Shown in pieces: positions 17,771 to 28,128 of a stretch of DNA of 64,000 nucleotides (its first letter is position 1; each line of letters starts with the position of its first letter). A program made the position numbers and the translations under genes. The stretch lies in contig OZ220744.1 of the NCBI GenBank assembly GCA_965116925.1, positions 1,632,001-1,696,000 of the forward strand, read 5' to 3'. This stretch comes from Candidatus Poribacteria bacterium (GTDB lineage: Bacteria > Poribacteria > WGA-4E > PCPOR2b). The notes under the pieces were generated by a model, which was given only the letters and a program-made list of their open reading frames with translations, was not told where the DNA came from and made no database searches.

Positions 17771-19897
17771 TTGGAAAATAGATCTGCATATTTCATATTC
17801 TGTTTATTCGGTATCGTATCTGTCTTTTTTTTCAGCCATCCTTGTGAAGCCGCACCACCGAACCCCTATCTTTTCTACAACTATAATCCTGCTACTAACG
17901 ATTGGACACCGAAGGCACCCGCAAGCGAGACTCAATTCCGCCACGCGTTAGACGGTTGTTGTTTTGTTCGTGAGGAGAGCGTTTTACAAGCAGATGGTAT
18001 CGAGTATGTTCTAGCGATAAAGATTGACTTTTCAGATCAACCCGGTCAGCGACCGGGGGCGGCATTTGATCAGTACCTCTTCGCAGACGAAGGTATTTCG
18101 CTGAAAACCTACTACAGGGAAGTTTCTTACGGACAGATGGACATACAGCCCGGACCGATGGGGGGAGCCCTTCCGAAAGGCAACCGGTGGATTCGTGCAC
18201 AAAATCCGATGAGTTATTATGGTGAGGGACAGATTAACGTCAGGCGTTCCCAAGAACTTGTCCGTGAAGCGTGTGTAGCGGTAGATGATATGGTTGATTT
18301 TTCGGCTTATGACCGTGACAAAGACGGTGTGGTTGACCACGTTTTTATTATCCATTCAGGAGATGATCAAGCCTCGACTGTAGAAATGAACGATATCTGG
18401 TCAATCTTGACCCCGGATATCAATAGAACCTTTGATGGTGTATGGGTAAGCACGGCGGTTCTAGTTGGCGAGGAACCCAGTTTCGATACGCCACACCTTG
18501 GCATCTACTTTCACGAATTCTTCCACGATTTCGGTGCCCCCGACGTATATGGTGGAAATTTTTTAGGTCCTCGCGATCATAAATGGGGACTGATGGGACA
18601 GCTGGGGCCCTATCAAGGCGAAATCGTTGATGGGATTGGGAATGGATTACAACCAAGTCATATCAGTGGTTATCTAAAATGGGACTTTGATGCACGGCCC
18701 GAAAACGGACGTCTCGGTTGGATTCAACCCGTTGAGATTCGGGAGAATGTTGCCAACCTGCCGATACCGAGTTTCGAGTTGCCACCGCAGGACAATAAGC
18801 TCTTCAAAATTGACATTCCCGGAAAAATTAACAAATTTGGAGATAGCACAGAATTTTTCCTGATTGAAAACCGCTATCGAGAGTCGGGAGCACTGTTTGA
18901 TACCCGTCTGCCCGAGTCCGGAATTCTCATCTGGCATATTGATGAAACAGATGTACGGCCTCCCGGAGCGATCGATGCTGCAAGTCAAATTTGGCTTGAG
19001 GATCCGAATGACCCCAAGCATTTTGGTATCCCTCCTGATAATCCGAATAACATAGATATCCGCACTATTACGGATGGTGCTGCATATTCCGCTGATGACA
19101 ATGAAACATCTTTTACCGCTTCGACCCTTCCTAACAGCAGTGCAAATGATGGGACAATCTCGAAAATTTCTATCACAAATATCGGTTTTGAGGGACAGGA
19201 GATGACAATCTCCGTTGCGTTTGGAGATACCTATGAGCCGAATAATGATTTGACCGAGGCTTTTCCCATTGAATTTGACCAAACCTATGAATCCTTTATC
19301 GCCGATGAAAAAGATGAGCGAGATCTCTATCAATTCAATGCGATACCGGGAGAAGCAATCGTAGCTACCTTAACCAGCAACTCGGATACGGTTGACTATC
19401 GATTGTCTATACTTGATAGAAGCGGTCAGTCTATTGCTGCTGCAGAGTGGGTTGAAGTCACAGAACTACAGGTTGTCTTTCAGCCAGAGAGCGCGGATAC
19501 ATATTTTGTTTCAGTCAGATCCCTATCTGGATTCAGCGAAGTGGATTCATACCGTTTGACTGTCAATGCGGTTGAAACGCGATCTGGGCAGCTGAAATTG
19601 ACAAAAGTCCGTGCCTTTCCGAATCCGATGCGTGTGGGGCACCGTGAAATAATCTTCTCCTACACAATCTCTGGCTTCCAACTAGCTGAAGAAGTGGAAA
19701 TAAAAATCTACAATATCGCTGGCGATCTGGTCCACGCGGAGGCCCGCCAGAATGTCATCGGATCTGGTCAATTCCGTTGGAATGGTAGGAATGCGGGTAA
19801 TGAGACACTCGCTACCGGGATTTATATTTTTGCAATCTCCGCGACTCAAGGCGGAAAGATGATTCAGGAAATTGGAAAAATTGGTTTGGTCAGGTAA
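17771..19897 (+). CDS. M6 (immune inhibitor A) family metalloprotease with PPC-like and FlgD-Ig domains
   Basis: VDFSAYDRDKDGVVD, HEFFHDFG, EFFLIENR, GILIWHID, DTYEPNND, AFPNP...WNGRN. Confidence 0.82.
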   Translation: MENRSAYFIFCLFGIVSVFFFSHPCEAAPPNPYLFYNYNPATNDWTPKAPASETQFRHALDGCCFVREESVLQADGIEYVLAIKIDFSDQPGQRPGAAFDQYLFADEGISLKTYYREVSYGQMDIQPGPMGGALPKGNRWIRAQNPMSYYGEGQINVRRSQELVREACVAVDDMVDFSAYDRDKDGVVDHVFIIHSGDDQASTVEMNDIWSILTPDINRTFDGVWVSTAVLVGEEPSFDTPHLGIYFHEFFHDFGAPDVYGGNFLGPRDHKWGLMGQLGPYQGEIVDGIGNGLQPSHISGYLKWDFDARPENGRLGWIQPVEIRENVANLPIPSFELPPQDNKLFKIDIPGKINKFGDSTEFFLIENRYRESGALFDTRLPESGILIWHIDETDVRPPGAIDAASQIWLEDPNDPKHFGIPPDNPNNIDIRTITDGAAYSADDNETSFTASTLPNSSANDGTISKISITNIGFEGQEMTISVAFGDTYEPNNDLTEAFPIEFDQTYESFIADEKDERDLYQFNAIPGEAIVATLTSNSDTVDYRLSILDRSGQSIAAAEWVEVTELQVVFQPESADTYFVSVRSLSGFSEVDSYRLTVNAVETRSGQLKLTKVRAFPNPMRVGHREIIFSYTISGFQLAEEVEIKIYNIAGDLVHAEARQNVIGSGQFRWNGRNAGNETLATGIYIFAISATQGGKMIQEIGKIGLVR

Positions 19898-20038
19898 AAA
19901 GTCCCTCCTAGCGCAATTCGAGTTGAAAGTGGTGTGTAAGGACTGATTTCGCTTGGAAAACTTGGTGATTGTGTGATAATCTTGAACAAGCTCCGTAAGC
20001 GCATCCAATAGATATTTAGGAAACCACAAGGAATTCAG

Positions 20039-21043
20039 ATGAACATTCTTGGAATTGAAACTTCGTGTGATGAAACCGCGGCGGCGGTCGTTACTGACGG
20101 CAGAAAAATCCGATCTAATATTGTTGCCTCACAGATAAAACTCCACGCAAAGTATGGCGGGATTGTGCCTGAACTCGCCTCTCGGAAACATGTCGAAACG
20201 ATTAACTATATTGTCGATCAATCAATGGTTGAAGCCGATCTACGGTTCGATGACCTTGAGGCAATCGCTGTGACAAACCGCCCCGGCTTGATTGGTGCCC
20301 TTCTCGTTGGGGTTGCCGCTGCAAAGTCGCTGGCATATTGCCATAATCTACCACTTCTGGGGATCAACCACATTGAGGGGCATATCTACGCAAACTTCAT
20401 GGAACATGAAACCTTACCTTTCCCGCATGTCTGTCTCACTGTTTCGGGGGGACACACCCTTTTGGTGGAAGTTCAAGAGGGTTGGAAATATGAGATTCTC
20501 GGCACAACCCAAGATGATGCCGCCGGTGAAGCGTACGATAAGGTCGCCCAATATCTCGGACTTGGCTTCCCCGGCGGTAAAATAATTGATGATCTGGCGA
20601 AAGAGGGCGACAGTAACGCAATCCAATTTCCGCGTCCGATGCTTGATCGTGACAACTACCAATTTAGTTTCAGTGGAATTAAAACCGCTGTCCGTTTCTT
20701 TGTAGAAAAAGCGAATACGGTGGGAACTTTGCCACCGATTGTGGACATCGCAGCAAGCTTTCAGGCAGCGGTTGTGGATGTACTTGTCGGGAAAACCATC
20801 CGAGCGGCGAAAGCGAAGAACTTTAAGGCAATTACTTTGACGGGAGGTGTCGCAGCGAACCGCCAGCTGCGCGAATCAATGCGTGAGGCGGGCGCAGAAA
20901 TTGGTGCGGAAGTTTACTATCCGCCGATTCAACTTTGCACCGACAACGGTGCGATGATTGCCGGAGTTGCTTACCATAAGTATCAAGAGGGGTTAAGAGA
21001 CGCCCTTGACCTGAATGCCTCTGCTTCTGGATCTATTGTGTGA
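20039..21043 (+). CDS. tsaD: tRNA N6-adenosine threonylcarbamoyltransferase
   Basis: ILGIETSCDET, GGIVPELASR, HIEGH, DDAAGEAYDK, CTDNGAMIA. Confidence 0.97.
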   Translation: MNILGIETSCDETAAAVVTDGRKIRSNIVASQIKLHAKYGGIVPELASRKHVETINYIVDQSMVEADLRFDDLEAIAVTNRPGLIGALLVGVAAAKSLAYCHNLPLLGINHIEGHIYANFMEHETLPFPHVCLTVSGGHTLLVEVQEGWKYEILGTTQDDAAGEAYDKVAQYLGLGFPGGKIIDDLAKEGDSNAIQFPRPMLDRDNYQFSFSGIKTAVRFFVEKANTVGTLPPIVDIAASFQAAVVDVLVGKTIRAAKAKNFKAITLTGGVAANRQLRESMREAGAEIGAEVYYPPIQLCTDNGAMIAGVAYHKYQEGLRDALDLNASASGSIV

Positions 21044-21099
21044 AATGCAAGACCTAATGTCCAAAATCTTAAAACTGAATACTTGAACCTCTGAATATT

Positions 21100-21705
21100 A
21101 TGAACCAATTCGATGATTTATATATCAATCAAGCTATTACAATTTTGAAAGGTGGCGGTGTCGTAGCCTTCCCAACCGACACGGTGTACGGTGTCGGCGT
21201 AGATCCCTTTCAACCTAGCGCAGTGCAAAAGCTATATCAAATTAAAGGTAGGCCTATCGACAAACCAATTCCAATCTTGGTGGGATCCGTTGCCGACGTT
21301 GAACGCGTCGCTCAAAATCTGCCACCAACCTTTTCCCAACTTGCCGACCAGTTCTGGCCCGGAGAACTCACACTGATTGTCGAAGCAAAATCGCTACCGC
21401 CCGAAATTACGGCGGGTGGGGATACAGTTGGTGTCCGTATGCCAGACCATCCATTAGCACTCGCGCTTCTTCAGCGTTTTGGTGGTGCGATTGCGACAAC
21501 TAGCGCAAACAAATCTGACGAGCCACCAGCCACCTCTGCAGCGGAAGTCCGATCTGTGCTTGGTGAACTTATCGGTATTATTCTTGATGGTGGTCATACA
21601 ACAACCAGAATAGCCTCAACCGTTTTAGACCTTGCCGTGTCGCCTCCGCAAATTAGACGACAAGGAGGTATCTCAATGAATCAGCTTGCTCCTTTTATAT
21701 ACTGA
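21100..21705 (+). CDS. tsaC: L-threonylcarbamoyladenylate synthase (YrdC/Sua5 family)
   Basis: AFPTDTVYG, KGRP..KP, FWPG.LT, TSANKS. Confidence 0.92.
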   Translation: MNQFDDLYINQAITILKGGGVVAFPTDTVYGVGVDPFQPSAVQKLYQIKGRPIDKPIPILVGSVADVERVAQNLPPTFSQLADQFWPGELTLIVEAKSLPPEITAGGDTVGVRMPDHPLALALLQRFGGAIATTSANKSDEPPATSAAEVRSVLGELIGIILDGGHTTTRIASTVLDLAVSPPQIRRQGGISMNQLAPFIY

Positions 21706-21932
21706 CGCAAGTTGCTAGTTGAAAAACACCGTTAAAAAATCCTCAGAATTTTCATAGTTTTCATAGTTTTTGAAAAAATGTCCTAAAGATAAATAAAATG
21801 GAGAATCCGTGCTATGACTGGGTTCTGAGCATTTTGTACAAGAAGATGCTCAGACATTACTATGAAATTTTGGTGATTCTCTTAACACAAATTGCACATA
21901 CATATCGAAAATATCTGATTAGGAGTTTAACT

Positions 21933-22754
21933 ATGGAAATTTCCCTTGCCGGTTGGAGTATCAACCGCCGTTTCAGAAATCAGGACGCCCCGCTGTCTCT
22001 ACTCGATTATCCGCAACTTTCACGCGATGAATTCGACATCAATGCAGTGGAATTAAACAGTCCTTTCTTTACCTACCAGGACCCGGACAATCCCGCACAA
22101 AGTGGAATTTCCGATGCGTATGTCGACGAGTTACGCCGCCGAGCCGATAGTGCTAGCGTGAGGTTGCTCAGTATCGCCGTTGATGGTCACGGTAACCTAT
22201 CCGCCCTCGACGAGACTGAGCGAAGGCAAGCGGTACAGAATCACAAGAAATGGTTTGGTATTTGCCAGAAACTGGGTTGCAATGCTTTTCGAGCGAATAG
22301 CGGGGGCAGCCATGGTGCTGATGCAACAGAGGCGGAGATTGAGCAGTGCATCAAGAGTTTTCAGGAACTCGCGACTATTGGGGAAGATACAGGTATTCGT
22401 GTGATGATGGAAAATCATGGCGGTGTTTCAGTTTCACCGGATAACATTGTGCAGGTTATAGAAGCGGTGGACAGCGCATATTGCCGTGTACTTGCGGACT
22501 TCCTCAATTGGAGACCGGAGGACGATAAGGTAGAGAACTTGCAAGCGGTCGCGCCTTATACTTGGGCAACCCATGCGAAATTCCTCAGTTTTGATGAAAA
22601 TGGCGAGTCGAACGAAATTGACTGCAAGCGTGTCATGGAAATCTTTAAGGCGGCAGGATATACCAATCCGTTTGGCATTGAGTACGAAGGTCAAACAGAC
22701 GATCACGCGGGGGTGATTAAGAGCAAGGTACTCATCGAGCGATATGCGTATTAA
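21933..22754 (+). CDS. Sugar phosphate isomerase/epimerase (xylose isomerase-like TIM barrel)
   Basis: MENHGG, DFLNW, HAK, IEYEG. Start chosen after AGGAG RBS. Confidence 0.8.
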   Translation: MEISLAGWSINRRFRNQDAPLSLLDYPQLSRDEFDINAVELNSPFFTYQDPDNPAQSGISDAYVDELRRRADSASVRLLSIAVDGHGNLSALDETERRQAVQNHKKWFGICQKLGCNAFRANSGGSHGADATEAEIEQCIKSFQELATIGEDTGIRVMMENHGGVSVSPDNIVQVIEAVDSAYCRVLADFLNWRPEDDKVENLQAVAPYTWATHAKFLSFDENGESNEIDCKRVMEIFKAAGYTNPFGIEYEGQTDDHAGVIKSKVLIERYAY

Positions 22755-22812
22755 CCTCAAAAGGTAGACACTATTATGAACCACTCTCCGCAGCGGGTAG
22801 AGAAATAAAAAA

Positions 22813-23220
22813 ATGACCGATTTTAGTACAAAATGCTTGCCGGACACCTCTGATGCTATCGCCCCGGACGGCTCGGAGGTGCGTGTTTTACTGGAACTCG
22901 CAGGGGGTGGAATGGCTCACTTTGAGCTCGCACCGGGAGAAACGTCAACTGCGGTCGCCCACCGGACCGTTGAAGAAATCTGGTTTTTCTTAGGCGGTCG
23001 TGGCGAAATGTGGCGGAAGCAAGATCAGAACGAAGAGGTGGTCCCGGTGCATTCCGGCATCTGTATTACAATCCCCCTTGGAACTCACTTCCAATTCAGA
23101 GCCTTTGGTCATGAGCCTTTGGCAGCGGTTGGAGTGACCATGCCCCCTTGGCCCGGTGAGTACGAAGCTTATGTCGTCGAGGGAAAATGGGAGGCAACCG
23201 TCCCGCGAAAATCCAGATAA
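22813..23220 (+). CDS. Cupin domain protein
   Basis: APDGSEVR, AHRTVEEIW, IPLGTHFQFR. Confidence 0.8.
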   Translation: MTDFSTKCLPDTSDAIAPDGSEVRVLLELAGGGMAHFELAPGETSTAVAHRTVEEIWFFLGGRGEMWRKQDQNEEVVPVHSGICITIPLGTHFQFRAFGHEPLAAVGVTMPPWPGEYEAYVVEGKWEATVPRKSR

Positions 23221-23327
23221 TTCGACACGGTTGAGGTTTACGGCACCACTGCTTAATCTCATGTTCGACCATCAATAGATATAAACATACTAAACAGTCT
23301 CAAGGAAAGGAAACCATCGGATAAACT

Positions 23328-24440
23328 ATGTCAACAATCCATACTAAGCTCAAGATCGGTGCTGCCTCAGATGTTGCAATGTCACAGGATGCACTTTTGC
23401 AGGCGGAAGCCATCCTCCAATCTGAAATTACGAATCGGCGAATCACCGCAGCAGCATTAACTGTGGCACGCAATCAGACGATTGTCCACTCAAAAGGCTA
23501 TGGGCATCTGGCACCTGAAGCGGATTCAGATCCAGTCAAACCAGATTCCGTTTTCCTGCTAGCATCAATTACCAAGCCGGTTACAGCTTGTGCCTTGATG
23601 TTGCTGGTCGATCAAGGGCAAGTCTCCCTCGACGATCCGGTGTCCCTTTATTTGCCAGAGTTTCAAGGTGGGGAACGCTATAAGGTGCGCGTCCGCTATC
23701 TGCTATCACACATTTCGGGTATGCCGGACATGCTGCCTGAAAATATAGAGTTACGGCGTACTCACGCGCCATTAAGTGAGTTCGTCCGCCGTGCGACTCA
23801 AACACCACTACTCTACTCACCCAATACAGATTTTAGTTACCAGAGTAAAGGTATTCTGTTAGCATCGGAGATTGTAGAACGGATTACAGGGAAGCGTCTG
23901 CGAGATTTTGAAGAAGCAGAGATCTTCCAACCACTTGGAATGACGAATACCGCATTGGGGCTTGGGCGGTTTAAGATTCCCGAAACAGTCTGGTGTGGAA
24001 CATCTATGGAGGAAACCGAAGACCAGCAGCGTTTCGGGCCAAATAGTCCTTATTGGCGCGATTTAGGCAATCCGTGGGGCGGGATACACAGCACCGGACC
24101 AGATCTCGCTATCCTACTACAGGCGATGCTCAATGGCGGTGGATATGCAGGAAGGCGTGTCTTTAGCCAGGCTGCGGCCAAAGCAATGACAACGGATCAG
24201 AACGGAACGCTGAATGCACCGTGGGGATTGGGTTGGGGATTGGCAGGCTCAAAGGCGTGGAACTACTTTGGTGAACTCGTCTCCCCGACAACCTTTGGTC
24301 ACACCGGCGCAACTGGCACAGTGGCATGGGCAGATCCCGAACAACAACTGCTATGTGTGATTTTGACAAATCAGATGGTGGATAACGGGAGTCTACTCCG
24401 GCGGGTTTCCAACGTGGTTGCATCCGCTGTTGTTCGTTAA
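23328..24440 (+). CDS. Serine hydrolase, beta-lactamase class C-like
   Basis: ASITK (SxxK), LLSHISG, FGHTGATG. Confidence 0.85.
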   Translation: MSTIHTKLKIGAASDVAMSQDALLQAEAILQSEITNRRITAAALTVARNQTIVHSKGYGHLAPEADSDPVKPDSVFLLASITKPVTACALMLLVDQGQVSLDDPVSLYLPEFQGGERYKVRVRYLLSHISGMPDMLPENIELRRTHAPLSEFVRRATQTPLLYSPNTDFSYQSKGILLASEIVERITGKRLRDFEEAEIFQPLGMTNTALGLGRFKIPETVWCGTSMEETEDQQRFGPNSPYWRDLGNPWGGIHSTGPDLAILLQAMLNGGGYAGRRVFSQAAAKAMTTDQNGTLNAPWGLGWGLAGSKAWNYFGELVSPTTFGHTGATGTVAWADPEQQLLCVILTNQMVDNGSLLRRVSNVVASAVVR

Positions 24441-24463
24441 TATCAAGGGACGGAGAAACCTTT

Positions 24464-26170
24464 ATGACTTTAATCGACTGGCTGCTCGTCTTAGCGATCA
24501 ATGGTGGCATTGTCCTGTATGGGGTCATTGTCTTCAGAGGACAGCGCGAGAGTTTTGACTGGTATCTAGCAGCCAAATCTATGCCGTGGTGGATTGTCGG
24601 GCTATCTGCTTTCTCGACGGCGGTAGATAGCGGTGATTACGTGGCGATTGTGGGTGGCTCCTACACGCTCGGACTATCTCAGCTGTCCCAATGGTGGCTG
24701 GGGATTGCCGTGGGCTGGTTCGTCCTGAGTTTCTTCGCCATTGTGCCGATGTATCGCTCTGGCGTATTCACCAATGCGGAGTGGCTTGAATTCCGTTTCG
24801 GTCCCGCAGCCCGATTTCTTTCCGTCCTGATCAACATTCAATCCCGGACCAATGTATTAGGCAACATCTTCTTTTCCACCTTTCTGGTCCTTAATATCGT
24901 GGCAGATATCGAGAAGGTCTGGAGTTGGCTGATTGTGGTCGCCGTTGCGTTTACCGCAATTCTGTATATCGTCCGGGGCGGCTTGAAGGCGGGAGTTGTT
25001 ACCGACGCGCTGCAGAGTGTCAGCATGATTGTTGCAGCTTTTGTTCTCTGGGGTGTGGTGTGGGTGAATGCCGGCGGCTGGAAGGGACTAAATCAAAAAC
25101 TTGCTAAGATAGATGCGGACTTGCCTGAAACCCTACTACATGTCGGCGGATATTCGCCGCCTGGGGTGCCTCCCCTTCTGGTCGTCTTTGGGCTTATCGT
25201 AGTATTAACGATGTATGTGTTGATTAATCAATACGAAACCATCCGATTTTTGGGGGCGCGTTCCGAATGGGATTTTAAGATGGCAGCTCTAGTTGCCAGC
25301 GTCGCAACGGCGGTCTGTCTATGGTTTAACGTGAGTTTAGGTCCTCTAGCGCGCGCAGATTTCCCCGCATTAGAGATGAGCGATCAAGCCTATCCCCTGA
25401 TGCTCAAAAGTTATCTTCCTACGGGCTTAATCGGCTTGGTGCTTGCCGGGTTGGTAGCTGGAGGATACTCAACCTTTGATTCCATCGGCATCGGTATCTC
25501 AAGCCTTTTTGTCCGGGACATCTATGCCCGCTTCATTGTGAAAAATGGTTCCGATGCTCACTATACGCGAGTCGGCAGAATAGCCGTTCCTTTTATCATT
25601 CTACTTGGGTTTCTGTATGTACCGTTTCTTAAAGGTGGAATGGTACTGTTCTATCTGCGTCTGGCTGGAGCGATCCAAGTGCCACTCATGACGGTTATAC
25701 TGATGGGTGTTTTTACACGGGTTCATCGTGGGACCGGCATCATCGGTCTTGCAATAGGGCTGATTTACGGTATCTCGGCGATTATAGCGGACGCGAAGGG
25801 TTGGGCACTACCTGTTTGGTATACCAACACGTGGTGGGCTTATTTGTGGAATCTGATACTGCCGGCGGGGAGTATGCTGATTGCTTCAAAGGTGATGAAT
25901 CTGTTGCGTGGTCCTATCAAGGAAGAAGAAATAAAAGGTTTGGTCTATGCCCACGACGAGGCAACGGCGGATCTCCGAGAATTGATGGCGAGTCGTTTGA
26001 AAGTGCTGGAAGGTACATGGTTGCAAAAAACATTACGAGAAGCACCAATTCGACCAAAATATCCTTTTGAAGTACCGGATACGGGTCTACGTTGGTTCCA
26101 ACGTCCGGGGGTGTGGGCAATTATCTACCTCGCTATCGCTTGTTATCTGCTCTTTATCCTACTCTGGTGA
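24464..26170 (+). CDS. Sodium:solute symporter family protein
   Basis: YLAAKSMPWW, GGLKAGVVTDALQ, many TM helices. Confidence 0.88.
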   Translation: MTLIDWLLVLAINGGIVLYGVIVFRGQRESFDWYLAAKSMPWWIVGLSAFSTAVDSGDYVAIVGGSYTLGLSQLSQWWLGIAVGWFVLSFFAIVPMYRSGVFTNAEWLEFRFGPAARFLSVLINIQSRTNVLGNIFFSTFLVLNIVADIEKVWSWLIVVAVAFTAILYIVRGGLKAGVVTDALQSVSMIVAAFVLWGVVWVNAGGWKGLNQKLAKIDADLPETLLHVGGYSPPGVPPLLVVFGLIVVLTMYVLINQYETIRFLGARSEWDFKMAALVASVATAVCLWFNVSLGPLARADFPALEMSDQAYPLMLKSYLPTGLIGLVLAGLVAGGYSTFDSIGIGISSLFVRDIYARFIVKNGSDAHYTRVGRIAVPFIILLGFLYVPFLKGGMVLFYLRLAGAIQVPLMTVILMGVFTRVHRGTGIIGLAIGLIYGISAIIADAKGWALPVWYTNTWWAYLWNLILPAGSMLIASKVMNLLRGPIKEEEIKGLVYAHDEATADLRELMASRLKVLEGTWLQKTLREAPIRPKYPFEVPDTGLRWFQRPGVWAIIYLAIACYLLFILLW

Positions 26171-26181
26171 AAGGAGCCGCA

Positions 26182-26379
26182 ATGGAAAATTCAGAAGACA
26201 CTAAGAAAGCCAAGCAATTTGAGCGGTTGTACACAGCCATCCTTGTGCTGCTCGTGGCGATTTTGCTGTTGATCTCTATCTTTTATACACCGCGTCTATG
26301 GCTCGTAAAAGTTGGTATTGCCGTGATACTTATCGGTGTCGGTGCGTTCTTTGGTCACAGATACCTACGCGAGCGGTGA
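26182..26379 (+). CDS. Small two-TM membrane protein
   Basis: AAGGAG RBS then MENSEDT...; two hydrophobic segments; follows the symporter. Confidence 0.6.
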   Translation: MENSEDTKKAKQFERLYTAILVLLVAILLLISIFYTPRLWLVKVGIAVILIGVGAFFGHRYLRER

Positions 26380-26432
26380 CCTGTTGACTCAACCGCAAAA
26401 ACCATCTGAATTAGACCCTCCTTGCTTTGGGG

Positions 26433-27560
26433 CTACCGGAACCAGTCATAATTGAGCCCCAAAGATCTATCTGCTAACGGTAGATCTACCCGCACACCTC
26501 CCTGTGCAGAGGACTGCTTTAGCGCGATTTCGACCTCAATTGCTACGGCAACCCTCCTGCCCGAGTTTTTAGGCTCATCTAGCCTACCTTCTATGCAATC
26601 TATGACATCCGCCAATCCGTAGATTGATCCGTAGGGACCAACAAACTGCGGATCGGGCCACGGTGTTTCCACCCTGTTGATGCCGGAAACTGTTTCGATA
26701 TCTTGCCATAGCTTAAATCCGGTCGCCATTGTGGGAATAACTATCTCGCCGCTCGTGCCAGTTAAGCGCAAATGTGGTGCACCCGGTCGAAAATAAACCA
26801 CCAAGTCACTTTTCGTAACCATCATCCCTTGACCGGCGAATTCATCGCTGCCGCCGGGGCCGCTGAATTCATCAGTGCCAGTACCACGGCGCTCCTGATC
26901 ACCGATACCAATAACCCACGCAGGATCGCTATCTAAAAAGTAAGACCAGCTCTGGTGTTGTGCGCCAGGCCGCGGTGCTTCGATGGAAATCAGATTACCA
27001 ATTGCGCCATTGGTAGCCAATTCCTTTGCTTTCGCAAATGATGGATGAGTCGTCGAAATGGAACCACAGTTAAGTGGCACACCGGCATCGGCACATACGT
27101 TGACCATCCGGTCAGCCTCCTCAAGGGTGTGTGCCATTGGTTTGGCTGTTACAATCCCCTTTGCGCCGTTCTCAACCGCCAAACAGGTCAAATCAGCGCG
27201 TCCCTTGACGTTCGTGGCTACAGCGACGATATCAAGCTTTTCAGTACGCAGCATTTCAACCGCATCGGTATAGAGCGCGCTGATATCGTAGCGTTCCTTA
27301 AATGCCTTTAACCGTTTCTGGTCGCGATCCGCCGCGGCGACCAAGTCTACCTCCGGACGATTCCAAAACGCCTCCGCATAACTGGTGGGTAGACCTTCTT
27401 TCCCGGGGTGAGCATGATGATAGATTTTGCGATGAATCTCCAAGTCGGGCGTAGGGCGATCAACGTCATCAATGTTGAAAAAGTCACCAATCCGATCCGC
27501 CATATCGTAGAGCATTCCCATCCAACCTAGACCAATCACTCCTGCACGATATTTTGCCAT
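26433..27560 (-). CDS. Gfo/Idh/MocA family oxidoreductase
   Basis: GVIGLGWMG Rossmann motif; AKPMAHTLEEADRM. Confidence 0.8.
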   Translation of the reverse strand: MAKYRAGVIGLGWMGMLYDMADRIGDFFNIDDVDRPTPDLEIHRKIYHHAHPGKEGLPTSYAEAFWNRPEVDLVAAADRDQKRLKAFKERYDISALYTDAVEMLRTEKLDIVAVATNVKGRADLTCLAVENGAKGIVTAKPMAHTLEEADRMVNVCADAGVPLNCGSISTTHPSFAKAKELATNGAIGNLISIEAPRPGAQHQSWSYFLDSDPAWVIGIGDQERRGTGTDEFSGPGGSDEFAGQGMMVTKSDLVVYFRPGAPHLRLTGTSGEIVIPTMATGFKLWQDIETVSGINRVETPWPDPQFVGPYGSIYGLADVIDCIEGRLDEPKNSGRRVAVAIEVEIALKQSSAQGGVRVDLPLADRSLGLNYDWFR

Positions 27561-27602
27561 GTTTAGTTCTCCTTGTAGTATGCACCACTGATTATTGATG
27601 CT

Positions 27603-27989
27603 TTACGATTCACCTTCTGTTTCTAGCATCATCGCAGCAAACGTCATAACATCTTCTTGGAAAGCCTCCGTAAAATCCTCCGCTCGTTTTTTTTCTGCAA
27701 ACCGGTTGAATACCGTTTCTAATGCTTGGAGGAATTCCTCTGACAATCCTTCATCTTCCGCCTGCTGCTTCATCTGTTGAAGGATTGTCATCTTAGCTGC
27801 TTCTTCTCGTTCTGCTTGCACTTCCTGTATTGATTTGTCAAACGTAACCCGAAGTGTTTCAACGATATGATATGCCATGGAACGGTTATACTTCTGAGAG
27901 TCCCGTTTTGCACCATCATAAATATCAAGAGGTAGCAATAGGCTTATCTGCTTTTTTAGAGAATCTTTAGGTTGGCGATATTCTTTCAT
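27603..27989 (-). CDS. Hypothetical protein with Arc/ribbon-helix-helix-like N-terminus
   Basis: QISLLLPLDIY...NRSMAYHIVETL pattern. Own promoter-like TGGACA-17-TATACT at 28055-28083 (minus strand). Confidence 0.55.
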   Translation of the reverse strand: MKEYRQPKDSLKKQISLLLPLDIYDGAKRDSQKYNRSMAYHIVETLRVTFDKSIQEVQAEREEAAKMTILQQMKQQAEDEGLSEEFLQALETVFNRFAEKKRAEDFTEAFQEDVMTFAAMMLETEGES

Positions 27990-28128
27990 TGGAACCCTCG
28001 AAACTATTGGGGTTGAAAGTACGCATTATAAATAATATGTGAGTTGCTGTGAATAGTATATCATTAATACGTGCAGGTGTCCAGTAAAATTATTTTCAGA
28101 GAAATAGCATGTCCTATATTCGGACATA

